From Lepidodermella squamata (taxonomy: Eukaryota > Animalia > Gastrotricha): 64,000 nt of DNA. The DNA is taken from the NCBI GenBank assembly GCA_047495785.1, contig JBLDXI010000015.1, positions 4,340,001 through 4,404,000 of the forward strand, in the 5' to 3' direction. Below, piece after piece: positions 1 through 13,570 of this stretch. Below the pieces are notes generated by a model, which saw only the letters and a list, made by a program, of their open reading frames with translations, did not search any database and was not told the origin of the DNA. Both the position numbers and the translations under genes were made by a program. Position 1 is the stretch's first letter, and each line of letters opens with the position of its first letter.

Positions 1-560
1 CCATGGGACACGGTAACTGCTGATGGAGCTATTTGATGTCTTTTGCAGTGGCAGTGACTTTTTGCGCCGAAATTGATGCCTTGTTAATGGTGTCGAAATA
101 TATTCTTCGCGGCAAACATGGCCGACAGCTTCAGCTTTCGTTCAGTTTTCCTCTCCTCTAGCGGTCAGCGAAATTAGTGAAGAGCCGCGTGGAGGACTGA
201 ACTTCACTCGTTTACTCGAGTGGTAACAGCAAGCACACAACGCGTTTTCGCCAAGCAATATTTTCCTTTAAAATGACCAGCCGAAATTGTCGCATTCGTT
301 CTCCGTAATTAAAGTTATTCAGACTGAGCCTGAATACTAATTTTTGACATCAAGTTTTAGCGAAAGCTGATTTAGAAAATGCTTTTAAATGCAGAAAGTG
401 TCCGGTATGCTAAAAATAACTGCTACGGTGGACCAGACTGAGACTAGGTTTGCTGGTGAGGTTTCTCTTCCTCTGTTCTCTTGTAAAGCAGCATGAGCTC
501 CGTTTCTTTTCATTTCTCAGTTGATCGCATATTACGAATATTGTAATTTTTTATGTAGGG

Positions 561-2278
561 ATGTCAACTGTTAGAAAGAAATATCAAGATTTTCCTGGCA
601 AAAATGACTTTTGCTGTGGTGGTCGTGTCATTATATCTAAGAGTCGCGGCGTTTTTTACCTCACACTTGGATTGATTGTTATCACCTCAGCTTTATTTTT
701 TGCTTTCGAGTAAGTTGAGTTATAATTTATCTTTATTTTTCTAAAGCACTACATCGCAGCTGCCGATATCTTGCTGTCGAATTTTCGCCCTTGTTTCCCA
801 TCGTTGGAGCAATTTTATTCCTTTTCGTGATATCAAATCTCCTTCGGACAAGTTTTATTGATCCTGGAATCGTTCCTAGAGCAAAGCCCAGTGAAGCTGA
901 GTTCATTCAGAAGCAACTAGGTAAGTGTGTCTTACCTTCACATTATGAGAAACCAGTACCTTGCAACTCTAAGAAATAACTTCAATATTTATTTGATCGT
1001 TAGATGAAAATCAGGGAGTGGCAGGCCAAGCCATCAACCGGCCGCCTCGCACAAAGGAAATTTGTATTAACGGGCAGCTTGTTCGCGTGAAATACTGCTA
1101 CACATGTAAAATCTTCCGGCCACCTCGAGCGTCACATTGCGGTGGGTTTACATTGACTTTATGGCGCACTGTTTCTATGCTGATTCTATTTTGAAACAGG
1201 AGTGTGTGACAACTGCGTTGAACGTTTTGACCATCATTGCCCTTGGTTAGTTTCATTTTTCATTTGTTACAGGTTTTTATTATATGTATAATTATTATTG
1301 TTTAGGGTTGGAAACTGTGTTGGCAGGCGCAACTATCGTTATTTTTACTTATTCGTACTATCTTTGTCGGTGTATTGCCTTTTCGTGATGGGTTCATCTG
1401 TCACACATATTGCGCAAAGTAAGTCTTGTTTTCACGCACATCTTCAACATAAATCTTGGATTTTACTTGCAGGGGGAATGAAAATAGGCTTTCTTGAAAC
1501 AATCAAGTTGTCACCTACAAGCGTTGCTGTGATACTGATAGCATTCTTTTCTGTGTGGAGCGTTGTTGGCCTTGCTGGTTTTCATACTTTTCTTATCCTA
1601 AAAGAGCAAACAACGAACGAAGACGTGAGTTACTGATCGGGAGAGAGTTGTTATGTATATTCTTTTTTTTTGTTTAGATCAAAGGAACATTCAGTCAGGG
1701 CGCTAGCCAGGCGCCTCTCGTAAATGGTGCTGGTCAGCGGGTGGCGACTGTACCGCCCGATTTCAACCCTTATTCAAGATCAGGTTGTTGCGGAAACTGG
1801 ACTTACATTTTATGCGGCCCGTTTCCTCCTAGGTATTAGATTATTTCTCCCGTATTACATGAATTATCGTCTTTTATCACTTTAGTTTGATTGACCCACT
1901 CGGAATCGCGGTTGACACTGCGAATATGCAGCAATCTTCTGTGCCAACAGCTGTATTAGATCACAATACTCCTCTTACTAGCGCTGGTGCCGTCAACAAC
2001 GGTTATCCGCCGTTACAGTCGGCAATTTCAATTTCGATGAATGAGCAGCAATTGCCTGGTTATCACCAAACTGTTGAGAATGCGTCTCACGGTTTTCAGC
2101 AAGACAAAAATTACATGGGCTCTGGAAATTCTCAGGTATTTTTCAATTTTATATGCAATTCTTAATATTTGTTTCATAAAATACTTCCCGTATAAACCTT
2201 GCACTATATATACACGTGTGCGATTTATGTGAATACTTGCAGACGGCGATACCCATGGATCCTTCTGGTCGGTTGTAG
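561..2278 (+). CDS. DHHC palmitoyltransferase, ZDHHC9/14/18 (Erf2) subfamily; multi-exon, with a possible alternative last exon to 3079
   Basis: Spliced translation: [23 protein letters not shown]..., [57 protein letters not shown] motif; short GT-AG introns join ORFs 791, 1298 and 1887. Confidence 0.93.
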
Positions 2279-4235
2279 TGAATCTTCGTCGTGTTGTGCC
2301 TCCTCACCTCACCTCACACTATCCTAAACTGAACGCACTTCTACCGTGTTTACCGTAATGTTTGCTCAAATTTCCGATTTTTCACATTATAACAAATGCT
2401 ACGCTTTGCTTGGAAACGAGACTTATGCGCTTTATTATAAGACGGAATGTTTACCCGAAAATTAGGCCGCTACACTGCTTGGCTTTGTGTGTTATTTTTG
2501 TAATATTTGTTCTACATAATTCGATCTGCTGTTGCCAGGCTTTGATGATAGAAGCTAGGACTACCAGTAAGGCAGGGATATGCGAATATAGTTTCGAATA
2601 ATCGTTTAGAGCGTGACTCTATCACAGACGTTGAGATGTTAGGGTAACGCGCAACTCTTGCCAAGAAAACTCATATATAAATCGCCATTTATTGCTTGCA
2701 TGGTTTTTCTAAAATTGTGAATGAAAAAACGTATGGCTGTGTTTTATAGCTTCGCTTTACGACGTGATTTAATAACGTGTTTTTTATTAAACAGAGAACG
2801 CACGCTGACGTGAACAGTAATAATACTGGAGATTTCGAGCAGCACCACGATAGCACCATGTCAACTCTTTGTCAGTCCCCAAGCAGCCCGACTAAGGTCC
2901 GGCCGATTTTGTTGCCTGCCGTGTCCAGCGGCGTTTCTTTCCATAACTCTCACGAAGCCAAATACAACGCATTGTCTTCGATAGCGTACGAGCAGTTGGG
3001 TCAGAACGGCGATATCTCGCCGGAAGTTTCTTTCAACGTTGCCGACCAAGCAACTAAAAGATCCCCTCACCCAGTCTAGCCGCTATTCCATTCGATAGTC
3101 GTTGTTTTTTTTCTGTGTTTAAAAGTTGTTTTATTCGCTGCTTAAAAGTTCCGTTCAGTTTTGTTTGGTTTCGCCAAGACATTCATGTTGTTCTTTGTAC
3201 AGCGAAAAATTCGTGAAATTTTTCTTGTCGCGCCATCTATATTATCGAAAAAAGTCGAGTAATTAATAATTTATTCAACTGTGGTCCGCTGTGTGTATTC
3301 AATGTGCTGCAAATGATATCATGCGAATTTTCACTCGCCGAAACAATAACTGAAAAAATACTTATATTACAGAAGAAACTACATCTGCCCTGTGACAAAT
3401 TCAACCTATGTACCAGTTTATGTCTACGAAGCTTGCTATTTTTTCCGATTGAATTCACTTACGGATGAACTGAAAACCGCACTATTTTTATACTTGAACG
3501 CAAATGTTAACTACTGTAATTTTGTACAGTCATCGTATAAAACTCCTATAGACTCGCATCAGAGAAGCGAGCTACTTTCGGCTATCATTGTCGCTTGAAA
3601 ACTGATTAATAATTACTATGATGTGCTGATTTTTTATTCAAAATAACTATTCAAATGAACAAAACAAATTTGGCCCTCGAAATTTTGCTCTTTGCTTATT
3701 TGTTTTATCACCGGGCTTCGTCGATGTGTTCAATTTGATGAATTTTACATCAGGTGAGCATTACTTGTCTTTTTCGCTTGTTCTAGACAGTTTCCTTGCA
3801 ACTTTCGCAGCTTGTTTGTTCTCTTGAAAGTTGGTCGTGTCGAAACTTTGCCTTTAGATGAAACTGAGGTTAAGTGAGGATTTACTGAGATACACTGAGG
3901 ATTTACTACCCCCATGAAATCAATGATTTCGTTTGCGTCTATATATTCCCAGCAGGCTAGTAAGTGCAGAATTTTGTATCAGTGGAGGCTCTGAAATTTT
4001 CGCAACGGTTAGTACGATATAGTTTATAAAAGAATTTGTAATGCGGGCTCTGTTGCCTTTCTTCTTTATTCTTTCTTGTGTGGCAAACACGATGTCTTAT
4101 TAAACTTTATCAATATCTAAATTATAATATGCATTGACGAATGAAGAGGAAAAAATAAAGATACGATGAAAGACATGCGGAACGATCAAAACTAAATTGT
4201 TTTGTATCTAGTTATAGGCGTTCTGTTTGTCAATA

Positions 4236-5631
4236 ATGTCCTTCATCCCAGTCGACGAGCTCAGCGATTTTCCGATCGAAAACCTGCCTTATGGTATATT
4301 TTCGACCCATGAAAATGTATGATTGAATGAATTCAATGAATTTTTTGGGTTATAATTTGATTGTGTTACAGCCTCGCCGTAGAATCGGTGTTGCTATCGG
4401 TCTGTTCATTCTCGATCTCTCAGCGGCAAAGCACCTGTTCGATGGTCCTATAATGCGCGATAAACAGCACGTATTCGATGAGCCGACGCTCAATGCTTTC
4501 ATGGCTCTCGGCCGCCCGGCATGGCGCGAAACTCGCTCGACCCTGCAACACTTGTTAGCAGCTTCAAATCCGCTAGTTCGCGACAACCATGAGCTGCGAT
4601 CGAAAATCTTCGTCTCGATGTGCGATGCAACGATGCATTTGCCGGCCCAAATCGGAGACTACACCGATTTCTATTGTTCCAAGGAACACGCGTCCAACTT
4701 GGGTTGCATGTTCCGTAGCGCTGAAAACCCGCTTCTGCCCAACTGGCTGCATTTGCCAGTCGGTTACCATGGCCGATCTTCGTCAGTTGTTCTATCCGGT
4801 ACGCCTGTTAAACGACCGAACGGTCAAACTCGCCCGGATGACGAGAAACCACCGGTTTACGGCCCGTGTAAATTGATGGATTTTGAGCTCGAAATGGCTA
4901 TTTTCGTCGGCCCCGGCAATGAATTGGGCGAACCAATTAGCGCCGACCGTGCTGATGAGCACATTTTCGGTATGGTCGTTATGAATGACTGGAGTGCTCG
5001 TGATATTCAGAAGTGGGAGTACGTCCCACTCGGCCCGTTCACCGCCAAAAATCTCGGAACTTCCATCAGCCCGTGGGTTGTGACTATGGATGCCCTTGAG
5101 CCATATTTGGTGCCGAATCCTGAGCAAAAACCGGAGCCGCTGCCGTATCTACGCCACTCGGACGCGTTTTCGTTCGATGTTGAGCTGGAAGTCGCATTGC
5201 GAGTGCCTGAATTATCGGGCAAAGACAAGGTCGTCAGCCGATCTAATATGCGCAATCTTTACTGGACGTTCAAGCAAATGATTGCCCAACATACTATGAC
5301 CGGGTGCAATTTACGCCCGGGCGATTTGATCGCTTCCGGTACCATTTCGGGAACTGTAATTTACATTTGAGAATTTGTTTCGAATTCCTAATTGTATTTT
5401 CCACAACAGACTCCTGATTCTTATGGATCAATGATCGAACTGAGCTGGCGTGGTTCGAAGCCGCTAGATCTGGGGACTGGTAAAGATGGGAACCCGGTTA
5501 ATCGTACGTTTTTGCGTGACGGTGACGAGGTGGTCATTCGAGCTTGGGCGAAAGGTGGCGAATCGAAGAAAGCGGCCCGCATCGGTTTCGGCGTTTGCGA
5601 GGGCAAAGTTCTCCCTGCCAATAAAGTTTAA
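4236..5631 (+). CDS. FAH: Fumarylacetoacetase (3 exons)
   Basis: [89 protein letters not shown]. Confidence 0.97.
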
Positions 5632-6372
5632 ATTCGAATAAGCCCGTGGCTGATATCCTTGATGACCAAATTATGAAATCATTATGTGCTTTAATATTTT
5701 TCTGCTGACTCGTAGTTGTGATAGAGAGACACTGCTGATCGTAACGAATGCAATATAAATATAACTACTCGCGCCATTTGTGATGGTTTAGTATATGGAA
5801 CAAGTAATCTCTTCGCGGTTGATGCTGCCGCAATAGCCCGAGTGACACACTTCACATTGTTGGTACTCTTTATATTATGATAATATATTATAGATTGATC
5901 ATACATTTTCGCGTCTTCCGTTTCCAACGAATCAACTGTGCAAAATTATTGCGAGACTCGAGTTCGTCTCAGCTCCTTTTGTGATTGATTATTGAATCGA
6001 TATTTGCGTACACAATAAAAGTATTATTATTACTATGGTTCTAGCGCGCATGTGTTTTCAAGATGAACAGAGTCAAAACGCGGTGAATTTCCCAGATGAA
6101 ATCTGATGTTTTATTGTGTCAAGAGATTGCGATTAACCAGCTTTGATCACAATTTTCTTCCTCGGAATCACGTTAAAAGAGTGGCAAAATAAGATCAACA
6201 ATAAGTAGTAAAATGCGGCGATACTACGCCGTCGGTGAGAGAATAATTCTACAAACTCAATTAAGTAAAATGAAAATGGTATTTTGAGAATTCAATTAGA
6301 AATCTTTGTTATCACCATGGTAATCGATAAAGCAAATCTATACAACACATGAAAAAATTCTTTGCTTGAATA

Positions 6373-8155
6373 TCAGTATTTCTTCAACAACCGCCGGTAT
6401 GCGTAGGTATTTTCAGGAGGCAACTCTCGGTCGATGCGAGGATCGCTCAGCTCTTCGGCTGGGTGCCTCGCGCCAGCACGACGCTGCCACTCGGAGGCGA
6501 AATCTGAGCCGAGGCGCATCGCTTCGCCCTCGTCGCGAATAACACCCTTCGGCAAGAATCCAATCAGTTTGGTCGCGTGCTCGCGCAGCAATTTCAACCG
6601 TTCCTCCTCGATGATTTGCTTCCGCAAGCGCTCTAGCTCCGACTGTTCGCGAAGTTCTTGCATTTCCTGCTCCTTTTCGGCGGCAAGTCGCTGCCTCCTG
6701 GCCTCCAACAATTCTTCAACTCGTCGACGATGTTCGGCCATCTTCATACGACGGCGCTCGGCTGAAAGCTGTTCAATTCGCTCATCTTCCGCAAATCTGA
6801 GAGGCGAAAATGAAAATAAGTTCACAGGTATAAATTAAAGAGCTAGGTTCATACTTGGCAAGCAGCTCCTTCCTCATCTTTTCTTCTTCTTCCTTTTCGG
6901 CAAGTTTCCGAACTTCTTTCAATTGAAGTTGTTCCTCATAATCAGCCTGTGAGATTCAGATAAATTAATAAGCTGAAGATCAGAATAATTGTAAAATGTG
7001 TTACCTGGAGCATAAGACGGTCTCGAATGCGTTTTTCAATCGACTCTTTTTCTGCTTTACGCGCCTTCTCGGCCTGCTCTTCGAAGTACAACTCTTGTCT
7101 GATGACCTCCATTTCTTCTCTCTCGCGCTCTTTTCGTTGAACCTCGTCGCCGAGAGCTTTCTGAAGACGTTCTCGAGCTTCGTCCTTCTCTTTCTTTTCC
7201 GCAACAGCTGACTCTTCACGTTGGCGCATCTCCGCGGCATACTGGGCCAATCGCCTGTTTTCTTCATCCATTCTTTGTTTCTCAGCAGCACGGAATGCAA
7301 CTTGCTGCTTCTTAAACTCGCCGATGAATTCTTGAGTCGCCTTTTTCTTGAGCAACTCACGCTCCTTCTCGCGTTGATCTTCCTCGTAGATCTTACGTAC
7401 GATTTCGTCGATCATCAACTTATCACGCAAGAATTCTTCGTAAGCAGCCTGGCGTTGATGTTCACGCTGAGCAAGTTGCTTCTCCAACTCTGCTTGGTAC
7501 TGCACCATTTCCGCATATTTCTCCTGTGCCTTCTGGGCTTCAATCTCTTCGGCCCGAGCAGCTTCTTCCTTCATACGATTCAGTAACGCTGCCTCTCGAG
7601 CAAGTTCCTAAAATCAAATAGGATGAAATGTGAAGAAACTTATTGCAATGGCTTACCTCATATCGAATCGCTTCTTTTTCAGCGACCTGAGCTGAACGTT
7701 CTTTGTTCATGTAACCGGCTCTCAGCTTTGCCTCTAGTTCTCGAAGCTCCTGGCTGTTCTCGCGAATTTGTTGTCGCATTTTCTCATCACGCAACTGCTC
7801 CATCTTTATACGCTTCAGCTCTTCGGCCAGTCGCTCTTCTTGATCGATTTGATATTGCTTCAAACGGCGTTGCTGTTCAGCAAAAATGACCGTTTCTTCT
7901 ATTTCGTTTTCCATCTGCTGTTGGGCTATCAGACGAGCCATTCGTTTTTCAGAGGACCGCTCCTCTGCCGCCATACTAACTTCAAAAAACCTCTGCTTGT
8001 TGAGATCTCGTTGCGTGTCTTCGACATATTTTTCTCGCTCTCTAGCACGAGCCTGATGTCTTTGCATTTCTCGAACTGTTGACTGCAATCAAACAATAAT
8101 TGAACGAATGAATTTATTATATTTGGCAAGGCCTCAATAAAAAACTCACCCCCAT
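6373..8155 (-). CDS. MNS1: Meiosis-specific nuclear structural protein 1 (coiled-coil ciliary protein); first coding exon is only ATG GGG
   Basis: DEKMRQQIRENSQELRELEAKLRAGYMNKERSAQ, EKLMIDEI-like DKLMIDEIVRKIYEED, FAEDERIEQLSAERRRMK, EEERLKLLREHATKLIGFLPKGV. Confidence 0.92.
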
Positions 8156-9119
8156 CTGAATAAACTTGGCAGAAAACCAGGTCCCGTATATACTAGACGA
8201 GTCAACAATCAATAACTAGAATGCAAAAATGAGTCATCAGTTTGTTATTGGAATAAAGTCTTTCACACAACAGGACAACAGAGATCTACTGAGGAGTCAA
8301 CGAGTCGGTTATTCCTCTTCGCCCTGGACAACTGCTCCTGTCGAAATTCGAAATCACGTGTCAATTACTTTATTTGGAACAATTTTGAATTTGAGCGCAG
8401 ATTCTCTGGCTCGGGCAAATCCAGCAGAAAATGATGATATAACCTTGCGAATACTTACACAAGAAATAAAGAAGAAGTCGTCATTACCATTATCGATTAT
8501 TACTGATAATTACTCGGTACACAAGACCGATTAGTCAATCGATCTGATCAACTAAGAAATTTTAAGAGAAAGAAGTTCCAAATCTGAAGGCAGACGGATG
8601 CACAATCTGGGCAAACATTGATTTGACGCACTACAAGATCAGTATTGGTTCCACCAACACGTGCACTTTCGTTCTTGGAAAAACAATAGTTTCTTGATAG
8701 AAAATATACATTCTCAAATGAAGAATAGGGGGCCATTTTTCGGGGTTCAGTTCTCAGCGTGGATCTACCGACAGCCCTTTCCGAGAAAAGAAAAGGTAGA
8801 AAGGCAGAAGCTGCGAAAACGCTGTAAAGGTGAAGATGAATCAAGCTTATGAAGTTGGGTTTCGCAGCTGGAACCAAGAATTGAATCGCGCAGACAGTCG
8901 TACAGAATTGCATACGTGCGCGCGAAGAGCGCGAAAATAGCGTCTGTTGAAGGTGGTTGCTACTACTCAATTTTAATTGCAAAATATTCGTTAATAAAAT
9001 ATGAAAATTATTTGAGCATATTTTTACTCAAAAGTAATATCAGCATTTGCAGCATTATAATTGCTGTTCCAACCGGAAAGTTTTTGCCTTCGTGTACGGG
9101 CCCGCTGAACGCTGAACCT

Positions 9120-10030
9120 ACCCGCTGGCACTACGGGTGACTCAGCATCATTGGGTTACCATGGGAAAATGGCAATTATGGATGCTGTCCCCCTGAGCCA
9201 CTGGTGCAGCATGCAGGCGAGAGCTAGCCATCGGCTAGTCCGGCCCTGCAGCCGCAGCCGCAAAATCCGCAAAAACAGCCCAGCAATATTTTATCTGCTT
9301 TAAAAAACGAGCAGCTACCGACCACGCAGTTGAACATTCGTCACCAAAACATGAGCCACGTTTTTTTGCCGAAAAGGCGGTCTTGTCGGCCGGTCTACTA
9401 CTACAAGCGAACTTCCTTTTAAGATTCATTTCGTCATGAAATGCTTCCCAAGAAATTGGTTCCAAAGCAACTGACTACCAATCACTGTTCTAGAAGCAAA
9501 GTGCTTCCCAAGCAGGTAAACCAAATGGCTTAGCAAACACTGCTTCTGAAACAGTTGCTTCCCAAGCAGAACTGAGCACTTTTCAATTTTTTAACCCTGG
9601 ACCCCACAAGAGCAATCATAGTAAATCGCAAGTAAAGTCAAGATTCCGAACTAATGCTTCTCAATCGAACTCCCCTCCATTCAAATGTGAAATAAAACAT
9701 CTTTTTCAGTAATTTTTGGTTCTCACAATTGTACCAAAAGCAACGTTGATGCCACAGTAGCGCTGGTGACGAAGTAAACCTAAATAAAATAGTGTTTGGG
9801 CTACAGAAGTCAAGACTGTCAAGACTGACTTTGACGCGAAGCTTGAAGGCATTCTAGCTCGTATTTCCAGCCTGGAAAAGTAGGCTAAAACGAAAAGGCC
9901 ACAGAGGCCGGGCCAGGCGGTAAGCGGCGAGCCAAAGCAGTTGATAATAAAATGCTCATCCGGCCACTGCGATGGCTAGCTGGCGACTTCGGCTGGCTGA
10001 TAAAGAAATGTTCTCGGCCTAGGCCGATGC
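9120..10030. mobile_element. Possible degenerate non-autonomous DNA element
   Basis: Begins TA|CCCGCTGG; 12-bp inverted repeat AGCTAGCCATCG (9222-9233) / CGATGGCTAGCT (9970-9981); TGCTTCCCAAG three times at about 9440-9570; no matching right terminus found. Confidence 0.3.
9137..9168. promoter_or_regulatory. Candidate ARE/AP-1 site (GTGACTCAGCA) next to a near-palindromic RFX X-box (GTTACCATGGGAAA), about 1 kb upstream of MNS1
   Basis: Motif match only; X-boxes are typical of ciliary genes. Confidence 0.3.
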
Positions 10031-10573
10031 CGATTTTCTACGCTGAAGATGTTTAATACTGTCCAAGATTTTCAAGCAACTCCGAAATAGAAATAACTTA
10101 TTTTCATTGCCTTTACGAAGAAACACGATAGCATATTGCTTTATTTTAGCAATCATATGAGTGTTTCAGCATGATTTTATCTAATTTAGCGGTTGAAGTG
10201 ATACCATGAGTGGTACAGACAACTCATATTTCCAATTTTTTAATACATACATCATACATAGCCGCGTCTGGGTCTGGCATGCCTGACTGCGAAGACGTCG
10301 CTTTCGCACTTGGGGTGTAACAGGTTGCCGACAACGGTAAATGTCGGTAAATGCCGACAGTTCGACGGAAATTTTCAAAAGCGCAGACAGGTGCAATCGC
10401 ATTGAATGCAACTCCGGCTAAAATGTTCACTTAACGGCTGAACGCTGGCAACTCAATCTCTCAGCCGAGGCACTAAGTGTAAAGCAATCCGAAATGTTGT
10501 AAATTTGACGTCAACTTTATTATTATTTACGATAGTTGTGATAATGATGAAGGGGATATAATTACACTTTGCT

Positions 10574-13570
10574 TCAATCAAAATAATCGGCGAGGTCAAT
10601 GTTAGGATCGAGTAGAGCATCACCATAGGCGGAAACGTCGATGTCATTGAGAAGCAAATTTTCGAATGTTTCCTCCAAATCAGTTTCTCCTATCAGCAAG
10701 GCACCCACGAGACGGCCACCAGCAACGACGGCTTTGACGTATTCGACTCCCTTGTGAATCCGCAAAAGGACATCCGAATGCGCCAGCCGTTGGCTGTTGA
10801 ACAGACCAAGCAGTACGACCTTTAGCACACGTAAGAAAATGAAAAAAAACTTGATCAAAACAGCACGGGTGAACCTTAAAGCCACAGAAACGAGTGACGT
10901 GAGTGAATAACTCCATCGAGATATCGAGATCAATTGGGGCCGAATTCTCAGGATTATTATTGTGAGCAGTCATGCACTGGGCGGCTCTCACCCCAAGAAT
11001 ACGTGCTTGGGACCATAGGCGCATCTGGAATAGATAACGCTTTCACAATGCTCGAAAGAAATTCCCAAATATTACATGCACCCATTTTTGAGGAAACCCC
11101 CAGTTAGGAGTGCAAACGTCTCCAGCAGCATATACATCTGGTTCGGAAGTACGCATTTCGGCATCGACCAGGATACCGCCATCTTCATTGCTTACAGCCA
11201 GCTTGATGTAAAACGAAAGGTTAACAACAGCATTTCTCATAAAAAAAAAAAGACCAACATTATTGCCAGCTGAAAATATGCTGGTGTCAGGTCGAACTCC
11301 GGTAGCGCTAACAATCACATCAGCTCCAATTATTTTGGAATTAGTCAACTCCAGGTAGACAGGCCAGATCCCTAGGGTCTGAATTACGAATGTATTCGCG
11401 TCTTGAAAAATAACACTTACCATAAATTTCCTTGTCAGAAGCCGAAATTTCTGAATCGCTTACGACTCTCCGAACTTCGCAATTATACTCTATGGATACT
11501 TTTTTATCGCAGACCTGCAAATTGATTCAATCAAAGATAATTTAGTTTAGTCAGCTTATGTATAGAACCTTATGTTTGCTAGCTAAACTGAAATTCTCAT
11601 GCCAATCCGGACCCAGCGCAGCAGATCTTTTATTCGATTTCGGTATAGTTGATTCATCTAAAAACATAATCGGTTGAAATTTTCTCATGAAGATGAATTC
11701 GACAAACCGACGAAGTATTTCGATCGTTTAGAAATGGAATCTTCAACCGGCGGGCTTTGAAGCCGAGAAAAAACAAATTGAGCAGCACCGGGATCAAGGA
11801 AAACGACGTTTATGGAATTTTCACGTACCACCCAAACAACTTCACATCCTGTTATTTCATATCTGCCGAAATTTAACAGCATGAACATACCCAAGGAATA
11901 AAGTTAGGATAGATCGACAGTCGATGTAGATGCCATTTAGATGTGATCTACATTGATGCGAGGATGCATCTTAGATGTAACTTACATGAATCGTAGATGA
12001 TCGCTAAGCTTCATGTACAATTCATCCGAGCATCATCTTAACATGAAGCCATGATGACACATGGCCTTATGTACATGATATCTACATGACAAGTAGATGT
12101 GATCTACACGACATCTACATGACAAGTAGATGCGATCTACATGATATCTACATGAGAAGTAGATGCGATCTACATGAAATCTATATGACAAGTAGATGCG
12201 ATCTACATGACATGGCATCTACATTTCATGTAGATGTGCACTACATAATTTGGCAAAATCATGTCATAAAGATGTCGTCTCGATAAACGCCTTAAGATTA
12301 TAGGTAATTTTCTATCATTTAATTAATTGTGTTAATTAATTGAAATAATTTCACGAGAAGCCTTGGGGAACCCTTTAGGCTCTGGGTTACCAAGGCGCTC
12401 CCCTCAGCTCGCGTAGGCAGGGAGTGAACGCTTAGGTTAAACTCACCCACGACCAGTCTCGTCAATAACCGTCTGAAAATGATTTAATTAGAGAAAAAAA
12501 AATGGTTTGACCACCTCTTTGAGTGAGAATTGAAACAACAGCTAAATTACTTTGCATATGCACACTTTTGAAAATAATCAAATTAATTGCTGTAGACTTG
12601 GTTGCATCTAAGACACATCTATACATCATGTACAATTCATCTTTCATGATTCCTAAATGATGGAGTTGACATGTAAGATGCATCTTGTACCCATCTAGAA
12701 CACTTATTTGGCATGCATCTTACATGTGTCTTACATGCAGCCAACATGCGACGGTCTCATGTAGATGAAATCTACATCGGGCCAGGATGATCCCTTTTTT
12801 TTCCTTGGGTAAGGAGCCGATACGAAACATTAGGATAATTTACGCTATTTCCATGGCGATACCACCGTTTCCAACAATAACTACGCGTCGAGCATTTTCA
12901 ATTTTAGATTGAAGATTCTGGAAAATCAACAAATAGAAACAGAGCGCTGATTTTATGCTGCTTACTTTGGCACTATCAGTATCTCGAACTCCCAAAACAA
13001 ACGGATTGTCATGGGCTATTAGCTGTAAAAAATCAGATAGATAGCATGAGATAGGCTAGCGCCCTTTGACCCCTTACTTTCGGCTGCGCCCCGGCGCAAA
13101 TACATAGTTTGCCGTAATGAATAATTCGACCGCTGCCTAGCTTGACGCACTGAATTTAAAATGTTCAACACTTAGTTTAACAGTAATTTTAATGCTCGAA
13201 CATGTTCTGCAGATTTCAGCTCAATAACATCGTCCAAGATAACTTTGATTCTGGGAAATTCCGCTTCTATCGTGTTAGCATGGGCTTCTGTCACGTCAAA
13301 ATCGTCCATCACTCTGCCAAGCTAAGAATTGAATTTTTAATTTGAAGAATTGAAGATGAAAACTCAGGCAATACTTTCTTGTAGTTGACAACTTTCTTAA
13401 TCAGGGGCGAACTAGTTACAACAGCCACACTTCGGTCTTCATCCGAATAGCACACCTGTATTAGTGTATGGTTAGAACTCATTAGACAGGATAAGAAATT
13501 CACCAACGCTCTCTGCGCAGCTAATGCCAGCGATACCGCCGCCAATAATCAAATAATCAAATTTTTCCAT
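10574..13570 (-). CDS. PYROXD1: Pyridine nucleotide-disulphide oxidoreductase domain protein 1 (multi-exon)
   Basis: [105 protein letters not shown]. Confidence 0.95.
11890..12809. mobile_element. 920-bp non-autonomous TIR DNA transposon (MITE-like) in a PYROXD1 intron
   Basis: TA|CCCAAGGAA...TTCCTTGGG|TA: terminal inverted repeats with TA duplication; CGATGTAGAT / ATCTACATCG at symmetric subterminal positions; many ATCTACATG/CATGTAGAT motifs; no transposase ORF. Confidence 0.8.
12080..12211. repeat. Four tandem 33-bp units (ATCTACATGACAAGTAGATGCGATCTACATGAT), each built from 11-bp subunits
   Basis: Directly visible; explains the spurious repetitive ORFs at 12033 and 12086. Confidence 0.9.

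Noticed and set aside
6434-7586. Long antisense ORFs over MNS1 (likewise over SND1, RRM1 and FAH)
   Set aside because: Shadows of codon bias in the real genes, with no domain signal
12080-12211. CRISPR-like array
   Set aside because: Eukaryotic context, no unique spacers and no cas genes
12033-12286. Repetitive ORFs ([11 protein letters not shown] / [11 protein letters not shown])
   Set aside because: Translation artefacts of the 33-bp repeat inside the transposon
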